Origin: a virus
Lineage: Duplodnaviria; Caudoviricetes
IMG/VR virus record: IMGVR_UViG_3300046062_000023
Coordinates: 1 to 46,529 of that record
Length of the DNA stretch: 46,529 bases
Reading direction: 5' to 3' (one strand)
Position 1 is the stretch's first letter; each line of letters begins with the position of its first letter. Under the pieces are notes generated by a model. That model ran no database searches. It had not been told where the DNA came from and was given only the letters and a program-made list of their open reading frames with translations. Of the stretch, positions 1-7,646 are shown in pieces. The translations under genes were made by a program, and so were the position numbers.

Positions 1-177
1 CGCTGACCGTATCCACCGCCGGCTGACGGGCGCAGACTGAATCGGGCGATGACGGCACCGTGGAGGCCAGAGCCTGCCTTTTCGACTTCGACCAATGGAG
101 AAGATTACCCTCGTCTCGCGAGCAGCGGGACGCACGACCGACGCATCGACCTCAACTACTGCGGTCTGGAGGCGGCG

Positions 178-894
178 ATGATCGACGCGCTGGCCGGGCA
201 GGACCTCATCCTCCTCGGCGGGTTCGTTCTCACCCTGGCGTACCTGGCGCTGGGACTCTACCTCGGGCGCGGCGCGCTCGGCCCCGACGCGAACTGGTGG
301 GGACCGCTCCGGCGGACGATCGTCCCGAAGCTGGACCGGTTCCTCGCCGACAAAGGGATGTACGCGGAGAACAGCGCGGACGAGAACGAGTTCGTCGGGA
401 CGGCCGCGCTCGACCCGGAGGGCGTCGAGGCCGCGCTCTACGAGCAGGGCTACCTCTGGAACTTTGCCGCCGGGCTGAAGACCGGGCCGGACGGTCGGAC
501 GGAGTACTCGAGCTGGGCGCGCCGGCAGGTCCAGCGCCCGCAGCTCCGCCGCCTGCTCGGCACGCTCGAGCGGATCCCCGCGCTCGGCGTCCCGATCGAG
601 GTTCTGGAGTCGATCCTCGCCCGCCGGCAGGTCCACGTCACGCTGTTCGACGGCGACGATGTGACCCACGTCTTCGCGCACGAGGAGCCGAACGCGATCA
701 ACCCGCTGCTGTACGCCGCGCACTACCGGGGCAGGAAGTCGCTGCTCGGGAAGGAGGTCCCGTTCCAGCAGGACGACGTCGGGGTTCGCGAAGCCGCCCG
801 GGACCTCCAGGAGGCGGACGTGCTGCTGAAGCTGTCCGACATCGCCCTCGAGGCGGGGGCGGAGCCGCAAGAAGTCGCATCGGCTTCGGCGTAG
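178..894 (+). CDS. Hypothetical membrane-anchored protein (ORF open from 49)
   Basis: GGAGG before ATG 178; N-terminal hydrophobic helix LILLGGFVLTLAYLALGLYLG; typical codon bias. Confidence 0.7.
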   Translation: MIDALAGQDLILLGGFVLTLAYLALGLYLGRGALGPDANWWGPLRRTIVPKLDRFLADKGMYAENSADENEFVGTAALDPEGVEAALYEQGYLWNFAAGLKTGPDGRTEYSSWARRQVQRPQLRRLLGTLERIPALGVPIEVLESILARRQVHVTLFDGDDVTHVFAHEEPNAINPLLYAAHYRGRKSLLGKEVPFQQDDVGVREAARDLQEADVLLKLSDIALEAGAEPQEVASASA

Positions 895-965
895 GTCTCG
901 ATGGCTGCCGTTCGAGTTCTTCGGGATCAACCCACCAGATGCGGGCGTTCGCATCAAGGAGCGCG

Positions 966-980
966 GAAGGTTTTTACTGT
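966..980 (+). promoter_or_regulatory. BRE/TATA promoter of the TA operon (leaderless)
   Basis: GAAGGTTTTTACT about 25-30 nt upstream of ATG 1003. Confidence 0.65.
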
Positions 981-1002
981 GTGCGCTCACATAATTATGT
1001 GT

Positions 1003-1257
1003 ATGCCCAACCTGACCCTCGCCGTCGATGACGACCTGAAAGCACAGATGGACGACCACCCGGAGATCAATTGGAGTCAGGTCGCGCGCGGCGCGATTCG
1101 CGAGAAGATCCGCGATCTCGAAGTGATGGAGGAACTGGTCGAAGGGAGCGAGCTCACCCAAGAGGACGTCGACGAGATCGCCGCGTCGATCGACCGGAAG
1201 GCGGGCGAGCAGGCGAAGCGTGATTCCGAAGAGCAGAGCCGCGGCGTCGACGGATGA
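1003..1257 (+). CDS. vapB: Ribbon-helix-helix antitoxin (VapB-like)
   Basis: MPNLTLAVDDDLKAQMDDHPEINWSQVARGAI RHH pattern; ATGA overlap with PIN gene. Confidence 0.8.
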   Translation: MPNLTLAVDDDLKAQMDDHPEINWSQVARGAIREKIRDLEVMEELVEGSELTQEDVDEIAASIDRKAGEQAKRDSEEQSRGVDG

Positions 1258-1664
1258 GGGTCGTCGTCGACGCGAATGTCATCATCTCCGCGCTGATCGT
1301 GGACTCGACGACACGGACGCTACTGGTCGAGATCGAGCCAAGCCTGTTCACTCCGGCGTACGTTCAGGACGAAGTGGACAAGCACGTTGAGACGGTGATG
1401 CAAAAGTCTGGCCTCGACGAATCAGAGGTCGAGCAGCTCATCCACACCCTTTTCAAACGGATTGAGGTCATCCCGCAGGCCGAGATCACCAGCTCGTTCC
1501 AAGAGGCAGCACGCGCTATGCGCGATCAGGATCCAGACGATGCCATGTACGTGGCCGCAGCCCTTGAGCGGGATGCGGCGCTCTGGAGCGACGATGGGGA
1601 CTACGACGACCAAGACCTCGTCGACGTCCTCACGACCACGGAGATCTTCAAGCGGTTCGGTTAG
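1254..1664 (+). CDS. vapC: PIN-domain ribonuclease toxin (VapC-like)
   Basis: VVVDANVIISAL, DPDDAMYVAAAL, LWSDD PIN motifs. Confidence 0.9.
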   Translation: MRVVVDANVIISALIVDSTTRTLLVEIEPSLFTPAYVQDEVDKHVETVMQKSGLDESEVEQLIHTLFKRIEVIPQAEITSSFQEAARAMRDQDPDDAMYVAAALERDAALWSDDGDYDDQDLVDVLTTTEIFKRFG

Positions 1665-2269
1665 ATCGTAACGAAGTGGTCGTACAGCCGCTCGGTCGTG
1701 AGGATGGAGGCGTGCCGCAGGCGATTCCTGACGTCGTAGAGAGTGTTGGACTCCTCGGCGCGTAGCATCCGCCAGGCGACGCTGTGGCGGAGCGTGTGGG
1801 CGGAGACATCTTCCGGGTCGCCCCGCCCCGAGAAGCAGTAGGGGCGAACGCCCGCTCGTCGAGCGGCCCGCTGGACGACGTCGTTGATCCCCTTCCCGGT
1901 CATCCGGTCTGACTTCTGGCTGTTTATCAGAGCCGCGGTGTCGTTCTGCCGCGCCTCGAGGTACTCCTGGACCGTTGCGACGGTCCGAAGAGAGGCATCT
2001 CTGTCCAGTTGGAACGTCGCCGGCGGCGGCACCTGATCGTTCGGGTAGTCCTTCTGGATTGACGTCGGGATCCGCAGCTGCTCCTCGTCGAGGTCGACCA
2101 TGTCCCGATCGACGAGCGCCGCCTCTCCACGCCGAAGCCCAGTGTCGTAGAGGAGGACGACGATCGCGTCGTCGCGCTCGGGATGGCGGCCGTCGCGAAC
2201 GACGTCCCGCATCGCCTCGACCTGGGCGGGCTTGAGCCAGTGCTGGTCGTCGGTGTCGGCCGCGGGCAT
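1661..2269 (-). CDS. Tyrosine recombinase (integrase/resolvase), catalytic-domain size
   Basis: LLYDTGLRRGE (R), SAHTLRHS (HxxR), RLRHASILTTERLY (H, Y). Confidence 0.92.
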   Translation of the reverse strand: MPAADTDDQHWLKPAQVEAMRDVVRDGRHPERDDAIVVLLYDTGLRRGEAALVDRDMVDLDEEQLRIPTSIQKDYPNDQVPPPATFQLDRDASLRTVATVQEYLEARQNDTAALINSQKSDRMTGKGINDVVQRAARRAGVRPYCFSGRGDPEDVSAHTLRHSVAWRMLRAEESNTLYDVRNRLRHASILTTERLYDHFVTI

Positions 2270-2302
2270 CTGTAACCGGACTATCAGTGTCGACGGGCTA
2301 AT

Positions 2303-2334
2303 AATGTTCGATTCCTCAAGTAGAATCGAACATT
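2303..2334. repeat. Perfect 12-bp inverted repeat with 8-bp spacer; candidate recombinase core site
   Basis: AATGTTCGATTC-ctcaagta-GAATCGAACATT immediately upstream of the recombinase gene. Confidence 0.7.
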
Positions 2335-2499
2335 TTCCGCGTCTGCTTCGAGGCAACACGCTCCCGTCTGCTGATTTTGCCTCGTGGAAGGTGGTTCTGG
2401 AGGCGTTCACCCCGGGGGTTGGACGCCGGGAACGGGCCTCTAAACCGGGCGGATAAACCGTATGTTGCGATATTGTTTCGGCGGGCCGGGTCTCGTACC

Positions 2500-2549
2500 T
2501 ACCTTACCAAACAATTATAACGATGGGGCGTCTACTGTTTGGTAAGGTA
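2500..2549. repeat. Family-A inverted repeat copy 1, enclosing a TATA box
   Basis: TACCTTACCAAACA...TGTTTGGTAAGGTA with TTATAA (2515-2520) inside, directly before ATG 2552. Confidence 0.8.
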
Positions 2550-2551
2550 CG

Positions 2552-2806
2552 ATGTACCAGAAAACCCACGCAGAAGAGACGACGAGCCAGTTCATGCACG
2601 CCCTCGCTGCGGCCGATGTCGACGCCGCGAACATCTCGGCGGCCCGGCCGGACGAGGAGCGGGACACCCTGACGGTCACCGCGCTGATCGAGCCGGCGGA
2701 CATCCAAGCGGCCGCGGGGATCGCGACCGAGCACGACTTCAGCGAGCTCGAGCGCGGCGACCACGTCGACGGCCGCGAGACGGTCACCTACGAACTGGAG
2801 GCGTGA
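2552..2806 (+). CDS. Hypothetical protein
   Basis: Acidic 84-aa ORF with leaderless promoter. Confidence 0.75.
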   Translation: MYQKTHAEETTSQFMHALAAADVDAANISAARPDEERDTLTVTALIEPADIQAAAGIATEHDFSELERGDHVDGRETVTYELEA

Positions 2807-2810
2807 GGCC

Positions 2811-3140
2811 ATGCCAGACCAACCTGCTCCCCCGGACGAGATCCCGCAGTACATCGTCGACGGCCTGCAGCGGCAGGCGGTGCCGACGCTCCACGCGATC
2901 ATCCAGTACTGCGAGGAACTCATCGAGCACCTGGAGACGCCCGTCGACGAGGAGGCCGTCCAGGACGACCCGGACGTCGTCGATGTCGAGGAGACTGGTG
3001 GCGGGACGATCGTGAAGAAGATGCAGAAGTGCGGCGCCGACTGTACCTGCAACGACGGGAAGGGTCACGGTCCGTACAAGTGGCGCGTGCAGCGCGACGG
3101 CTCCGGCGGGCAGGACTGGGAGTACATCGGAAAGGCGTGA
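2811..3140 (+). CDS. DUF6788-like Zn-binding, putative nucleic-acid-binding protein
   Basis: KCGADCTCNDGKGHGPYKWR...WEYIGK pattern; GGAGG upstream. Confidence 0.7.
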   Translation: MPDQPAPPDEIPQYIVDGLQRQAVPTLHAIIQYCEELIEHLETPVDEEAVQDDPDVVDVEETGGGTIVKKMQKCGADCTCNDGKGHGPYKWRVQRDGSGGQDWEYIGKA

Positions 3141-3148
3141 CTGCGGCT

Positions 3149-3156
3149 CCTTTTTG
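3149..3156 (+). terminator. Oligo-U terminator
   Basis: Pyrimidine/T run (CCTTTTT) about 10 nt after stop 3140, between convergent genes. Confidence 0.45.
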
Positions 3157-3267
3157 AAAACGTGAGGGCGGCCTCCGCGTGGGAGCGGTAGCAGGCTACA
3201 ACTGTCCCGTAAACTGTTAAATCTCCGCCAGGCAAAGTGAAAGTGAAGCTCGCTGGCAGTCCCCGGT

Positions 3268-3699
3268 CTATTCCAGGATGATGACCTCGACCGAGCCGGC
3301 GGTCGTCGACGAGGAGTCTGGAGGATCCATCCGGACGGTGTACTCGCCAGTCTCCTCGAGGCTGACCTCGAACGAGCCCTTGTCCTGGACGCCCTCGCTC
3401 AGCACCGTCTCACCGCTGGGACTCTCGATCGCGACGTGCGTCCGGTAGCCCATCGCGGTGTTCGCGATGTTCACGCGGATCTGGTCGCCCTGCTCGGCCG
3501 CGAACGACTCGGTGATGCGCTGGGGGTTCTCGCGGTCGACGACGGTCTCCCCGCCCGAGCCACCGAGCCACGCGAGGCCGGCGATAACGACCAAGAGGAC
3601 CGCGACGATGACGAGGAACCCTTTGAAGTTCTCTTTCGCCTGGCGTTTGTCCTCCTCGGAGGGGTTCCGCCAGCCGGAATCGTCGGTTTTTTCGCTCAT
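3268..3699 (-). CDS. Single-TM protein with extracellular beta-sandwich (GOLD/PPC-like)
   Basis: FLVIVAVLLVVIAGLAWLGG helix; IESPSGETV...ETGEYTVRMD; own TATA (TTATAAAAA on minus strand, about 3720-3728). Confidence 0.7.
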   Translation of the reverse strand: MSEKTDDSGWRNPSEEDKRQAKENFKGFLVIVAVLLVVIAGLAWLGGSGGETVVDRENPQRITESFAAEQGDQIRVNIANTAMGYRTHVAIESPSGETVLSEGVQDKGSFEVSLEETGEYTVRMDPPDSSSTTAGSVEVIILE

Positions 3700-3740
3700 G
3701 TAGCGAGTTTCATATCGAATTTTTATAAGTTTATACCGGG

Positions 3741-4154
3741 TTACTCCTCGTTGAGGCCGATCTCCGCATCGATCGACGTCCCCTTGAGGGCGGCGCTGAT
3801 CACCGCCGGGTAGAACACCTCGTTCTTCGGGAGATCGTCGTCGTGCTCTCGACGCCACTTCACGTTCAGCTCGGAGTAGCGCAGCTGCATGTCGCTCACG
3901 AGGTCGTCGGGGAGGTACATGTTCACGTTCTTTCGCTCCCGGACGGTCGACCTCTCTTCGCTCTTCGACGTCTCCTCACTCTCCGACTTCTCTACCGTAT
4001 CTGACGCCGAAGAACTCTCTGCTGTCTCCGCTGTCTGAGACCTCTTTGATGTCTTTGATTCCTCTGACTGTTCCGACGTTTCGGACTCGTCGACGGCGTC
4101 CTCCTGATCGTATCGGTCCTCCCACGGGTCCCGGTCGCGCTTGTCATCACTCAT
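3741..4154 (-). CDS. ParA partner / centromere-binding adaptor (disordered N-terminus, RHH-like C-terminus)
   Basis: Overlaps parA stop; Ser/Glu-rich linker followed by RKNVNMYLPDDLVSDM. Confidence 0.65.
   Translation of the reverse strand: MSDDKRDRDPWEDRYDQEDAVDESETSEQSEESKTSKRSQTAETAESSSASDTVEKSESEETSKSEERSTVRERKNVNMYLPDDLVSDMQLRYSELNVKWRREHDDDLPKNEVFYPAVISAALKGTSIDAEIGLNEE
4012..4092. repeat. Degenerate 9-bp tandem repeats (family-B half-sites) inside the ParA-partner gene
   Basis: gaactctct gctgtctcc gctgtctga gacctcttt gatgtcttt gattcctct gactgttcc gacgtttcg. Confidence 0.55.
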
Positions 4155-4926
4155 TGGTGAATCCCTCCAGGTGCTCGGCGACATCGAGGTACACCGACTC
4201 CATGTCGCACTCCTCGTCGTGCTCGAAGATCGAGACGCCGGCGTTCCAGGCGCGCTGGAGTGCGACTCGCTTTCTGACTTCAAAGACCTTGCAGTTCTCT
4301 CTGTCCTCAAAGACATCTCTGAACCACGCCATCATCTCGTCGGCCTCGCCGTCGACCTCAACCTCGTTCGCGACGACCGCGAGTTCCTGGACATCGGCGA
4401 ACGCGGACTCGATGCTGCGGAGCTGCTTGAACAGGAGCTCGATCGCGCGGATGCTCGTGGACTTCGCCTGCGCGGGGATCAGGACGTTTCCGGTCGCGAC
4501 GATCGCGTTGTCGGTGAGGACGCCCAGGTTCGGCGGGCAGTCGACGAGGACGTAGTCCCACCGCTGGTCGGCACCGCTCTCGTCGAGGAGCATATCGAGG
4601 CGTTCCTCTCGTTTCATCTCGTTTGCGAGCTCGTCCTCGGCGTTGATCATCCGCTCGTGGCTGGGGACGACGTCGACCTCCTGATGGTCAACGACCAGCT
4701 GTTCAAGCTCGTCCATCCGGTCGAGGTCAGGGAGGACGTCGAACAACGAGTCGCGGTCGGGATCGTCGTAGAGGTCCTCGAAGCCGAGTCCTTCCGTGGC
4801 GTGTCCCTGCGGATCGAGGTCAATCACGAGGACGTCATTTCCGAGCTGGTTCAGTGCGCCGGCAACGTTCAGTGTGGTAGTCGTCTTCCCGGCACCTCCT
4901 TTCTGGTTGGTGACTCCGATTCTCAT
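4147..4926 (-). CDS. parA: ParA/Soj family partition ATPase
   Basis: NQKGGAGKTT deviant Walker A, IDLDPQG, VDCPP. Confidence 0.95.
   Translation of the reverse strand: MRIGVTNQKGGAGKTTTTLNVAGALNQLGNDVLVIDLDPQGHATEGLGFEDLYDDPDRDSLFDVLPDLDRMDELEQLVVDHQEVDVVPSHERMINAEDELANEMKREERLDMLLDESGADQRWDYVLVDCPPNLGVLTDNAIVATGNVLIPAQAKSTSIRAIELLFKQLRSIESAFADVQELAVVANEVEVDGEADEMMAWFRDVFEDRENCKVFEVRKRVALQRAWNAGVSIFEHDEECDMESVYLDVAEHLEGFTNE
4270..4321. repeat. Two family-B palindromes inside the 3' end of parA
   Basis: CTTTCTG-actt-CAAAGAC (4270) and CTCTCTG-tcct-CAAAGAC (4297). Confidence 0.55.
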
Positions 4927-4930
4927 AGGT

Positions 4931-4978
4931 CTCTCTGGCCTCAAAGAGAGCAAAGAGGTCGGAGACGTGATAAAACCC
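4931..4978 (-). promoter_or_regulatory. parA promoter with family-B operator repeats
   Basis: Minus-strand TTTTAT at 4969-4974; CTCTCTG-gcct-CAAAGAG at 4931-4948 plus further half-sites. Confidence 0.6.
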
Positions 4979-4995
4979 ACGTCAGACGAACCGGA

Positions 4996-5043
4996 CCTTA
5001 CCAACCACGAGGGCTAGGATACCCGTTAGAATGTTTGGTAAGG
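4996..5043. repeat. Family-A inverted repeat copy 2
   Basis: CCTTACCAACCA...CCGTTAGAATGTTTGGTAAGG. Confidence 0.8.
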
Positions 5044-5221
5044 CGAGACAGCCGACCGAGACGACGGTCCGAGAACTCTCGGGAAGATGGTAGTTCCCGG
5101 CGGAAGGCGGCTACGAGGTCTACGGAGTCGGACGGTTGGACAGGACGCCACGAGTGTCACGGGACCGGTAGTTTTATAATCCCGTAGCCGAAATGAGTCC
5201 GTAATCCGCTAACGCCGTTTG

Positions 5222-5333
5222 CCGGGGCGGGCCGCGCTCCGCCCCGGAGGGGCTTGGCTCGAAGAGCAAGCCCCGTAGGGGCCGGGGCGGCCGCCCCGGC
5301 CCCGAAGGGGGCTGACCCAGGGTCAGCCCCCTT
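5222..5333. other. Four abutting GC-rich hairpins; candidate replication origin or structured RNA
   Basis: Stems at 5222-5247, 5249-5274, 5278-5303 (perfect 26-bp palindrome) and 5305-5333 (14-bp arms). Confidence 0.6.
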
Positions 5334-5856
5334 GCCCGCGTATGATCTTGACCATTGCTTTTAGATAGTTTTCAGTTTGTTGCGGAGACGATTCAGCGGT
5401 AGAGGACGGTGAGAGGCCGGTCTTCGGCGGTTTCTCCCCGGTGATAGCGTCAATCCAGTCAGAGGCGATGAATGCGAGGACCTCCTTCACGGCGAGCATC
5501 ACCTCCCTCGAGGTGAACTGGATTAGCGCGGGGTTCCCTGGTGTCTCGACGATTCCCTCCCGGCGGAGGTCGGCGACGATCTCCCGGACCCAACGCTCCG
5601 AGACGGGGAGGTACTCGAACAAATCCTGGTACGTGACGCCGTTGTCGTGGGTTGCGAGGACCTTCAGGAGTGTCCGACGGGTGGGGTTATCGAGAGCCAG
5701 CCGGGCAGCTCGGCGGAGCTTGGACGTGTGGTGCTGCAGTACCCGGACGATGGACCCGTCAGTATTGCGGCCTAACCCTTCACGGGTACTGGACTGTTGT
5801 CGGGTGTTCATACCGCGCCGTCCTGTGGTTTCGTGTTTCTTGGGCATTGAACTCAC
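5323..5856 (-). CDS. Winged-helix DNA-binding protein; candidate replication initiator or regulator
   Basis: LDNPTRRTLLKVL...VTYQDLFEYLPVSERWVREIVADLRREGIVE ArsR-like wHTH; stop codon lies inside hairpin 4; start uncertain. Confidence 0.7.
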   Translation of the reverse strand: MSSMPKKHETTGRRGMNTRQQSSTREGLGRNTDGSIVRVLQHHTSKLRRAARLALDNPTRRTLLKVLATHDNGVTYQDLFEYLPVSERWVREIVADLRREGIVETPGNPALIQFTSREVMLAVKEVLAFIASDWIDAITGEKPPKTGLSPSSTAESSPQQTENYLKAMVKIIRGQGG

Positions 5857-5993
5857 CTCACCTCGAAAACGAGCGTACCGTTCGGTGGCTCGACGCGGTT
5901 GACGTCGCGAGCAGCTGGCTCTTGGACGTCGGTCTGATCGGTCGACTGGTGCTGCGGTCGGGTCGTGCTATCGCTGGATCTATTGGTGTACAT
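5853..5993 (-). CDS. Small hypothetical protein
   Basis: GTGA overlap with wHTH gene; GAGGTGA SD-like at the junction. Confidence 0.4.
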   Translation of the reverse strand: MYTNRSSDSTTRPQHQSTDQTDVQEPAARDVNRVEPPNGTLVFEVR

Positions 5994-6297
5994 GGGTTCG
6001 CGAGATCGTCGCGAACCGGCGCCGCCCGAGGGCGACACCCCGACAAGACACAGTGACGCCTCTCTCCGAGGCGAAACGGTTATCATGCCGGGGCGAGAAG
6101 GGACGAGTGTCCAAGCGCGTCCCTTCTGCCGGCGTTGGGTTCTCGTCGGCGGACCTCTCGTCTTTTAGTGCATACTCCGAGGTTTGCCGCTCGGGTACTA
6201 AAACAGTTCCCCTCGCGTCAGACGCGTCTCTACGTCGAGACAGGTGACGAGATCGGCGAACTGGGCGGGGGTGACGTGGTCTGCCTGAGGTGGTCAT
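5980..6297 (-). CDS. Hypothetical basic protein
   Basis: ATGA overlap with upstream ORF; atypical composition. Confidence 0.3.
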   Translation of the reverse strand: MTTSGRPRHPRPVRRSRHLSRRRDASDARGTVLVPERQTSEYALKDERSADENPTPAEGTRLDTRPFSPRHDNRFASERGVTVSCRGVALGRRRFATISRTHVHQ

Positions 6298-6566
6298 ACT
6301 GGGCCTCCGTGAAAGGAGATCCGCGGCGAATCGTGCGTGGGAGCAGGATTTTGCTGGGTGCGGATCCCCGTATCCTTGTTTCGTGCGTTCAACCGTCGAG
6401 TACTGTTAGGAGTGTAATAAACCCTCGCCAACAGTGGGTTGAAACTGGTCTCAGGATAGGGGAGCTCCAGTAATCGATGCTTTCCTCGGCGTAGACACCG
6501 CTTTCCAGTGTCGCTTCTGTCGTCAGAAGCGGTATATCTTTGAGGGTGACGGGTGAACGCTGACAT
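6294..6566 (-). CDS. Hypothetical basic protein
   Basis: First ORF after the structured leader; ATGA coupled; atypical composition. Confidence 0.35.
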   Translation of the reverse strand: MSAFTRHPQRYTASDDRSDTGKRCLRRGKHRLLELPYPETSFNPLLARVYYTPNSTRRLNARNKDTGIRTQQNPAPTHDSPRISFHGGPV

Positions 6567-6640
6567 GTCTTTCCGAGGGAATCGGGAAGACGTTAAGCGG
6601 GTGTTAATTCGCCCGTTAATGCCTTCACGAGGCGTCTATC

Positions 6641-6715
6641 GTCGAAGGCTCGCGGTCGGTGCTCCAACACCGGCTGCCTTCTGGGAGGGCAGCGTAGCGT
6701 GCGATTACCTTCGAC
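6641..6715. ncRNA. Multibranch structured RNA (antisense RNA or 5' leader)
   Basis: GTCGAAGG/CCTTCGAC closing stem, TCGC/GCGA, hairpins CGGTG-ctccaa-CACCG and GCTGCCTTC-tgg-GAGGGCAGC. Confidence 0.5.
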
Positions 6716-6734
6716 ACGGAGAACAATTAGCCAG

Positions 6735-6820
6735 CCGCTAATAAGCCTTCTCACCCAAGTAGGTTAGTTTAATCACGGTCTAAATCACTGGCCGCAGGCT
6801 TCAACGCGGTTAAATCAGGG
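6735..6820. promoter_or_regulatory. Divergent promoter/operator region upstream of the repressor
   Basis: Minus-strand GAAGGCTTATTAG (about 6738-6750); three TAATCA/TAAATCA direct repeats at about 6770, 6781 and 6811. Confidence 0.5.
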
Positions 6821-6838
6821 AAATGTGAATCCCTGGTC

Positions 6839-7096
6839 ATGCATCGGGAGGTCTCCTGGATGAAACCCGCCGACCCCTACATTCTGGAGTTTATGGCCTC
6901 CCATGGCGCACGATTGAAACCCGCCTCAATCGCACTGAACGTCCCGTATTCCTCAAACTGGGTCGGCCAGCGCTGCCGGGCGCTCACGAAGCGCGGCCTT
7001 CTCAACAGCGCCGACGGCAGCTACTGGATCAGCGACCGAGGGAAAGAGTTCGACGCCGGCGAGCTCGAGCCCGAGGATCTCCTCGACGAGGAGTGA
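6839..7096 (+). CDS. phiH1 repressor-like winged-helix protein
   Basis: SWMKPADPYILEFM...WVGQRCRALTKRGLL...YWISDRGKEFDAGELEPEDL family pattern. Confidence 0.8.
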   Translation: MHREVSWMKPADPYILEFMASHGARLKPASIALNVPYSSNWVGQRCRALTKRGLLNSADGSYWISDRGKEFDAGELEPEDLLDEE

Positions 7097-7130
7097 CGCA
7101 GCATCCCGGTCGACCGGTGGTCTCTCCAGC

Positions 7131-7176
7131 CTTACCAAACTCTCAGGGTGGGAATGCCGTTAGAATGTTTGGTAAG
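7131..7176. repeat. Family-A inverted repeat copy 3
   Basis: CTTACCAAAC-N26-GTTTGGTAAG; 20 bp (7157-7176) identical to 5023-5042. Confidence 0.8.
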
Positions 7177-7178
7177 AC

Positions 7179-7406
7179 TCACTCGCGCCACCAAACGACG
7201 CCGCCCAGCTCCTCGATCTTCTTACTCGCTACGACATCGTCCGCCTCCAAATCTCGAAGCCACTCGTACGCGCGCGATCGGGATATCCCCAGCATCGTCG
7301 CGACCTCGCGAGTGCTACGCGGCTCGTGAGACTCGAATAGATCGGCGATATCCCCCTCATCGACGGTTGCCTCGAAGCGGCCAGTGTTCTCGTCCCGATT
7401 CGGCAT
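7179..7406 (-). CDS. Small HTH transcription regulator
   Basis: STREVATMLGISRSRAYEWLRDLEADDVVASKKI...VWW. Confidence 0.8.
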   Translation of the reverse strand: MPNRDENTGRFEATVDEGDIADLFESHEPRSTREVATMLGISRSRAYEWLRDLEADDVVASKKIEELGGVVWWRE

Positions 7407-7464
7407 CTACTGAATTAGGCGCTCTCTTTAGCCTTCAACCCATCGACGACAGCCGTCGAGGGTC

Positions 7465-7646
7465 AAATTTATTATACTGGCCACACAGGCACATGTTAGA
7501 GCAGGCCTACCACTGGACATCTCACAGCGTGCGGACTCTCGTCTCCCACATCGAAAACAAGAGAGGACGCGCGTTTCAAACGGACCGGACCTCGTGAGAG
7601 GTCCAGTGCTCTAGACAACCTGCTCCCACGCAAGGAGGCCCAGAGC
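7465..7646 (+). promoter_or_regulatory. Promoter and structured leader of the early/middle operon
   Basis: AAATTTATTATA at about 7466-7477; GGACCTC-gtga-GAGGTCC GNRA hairpin; GCTCCCACGCAAGGAGG at 7622-7638. Confidence 0.6.
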
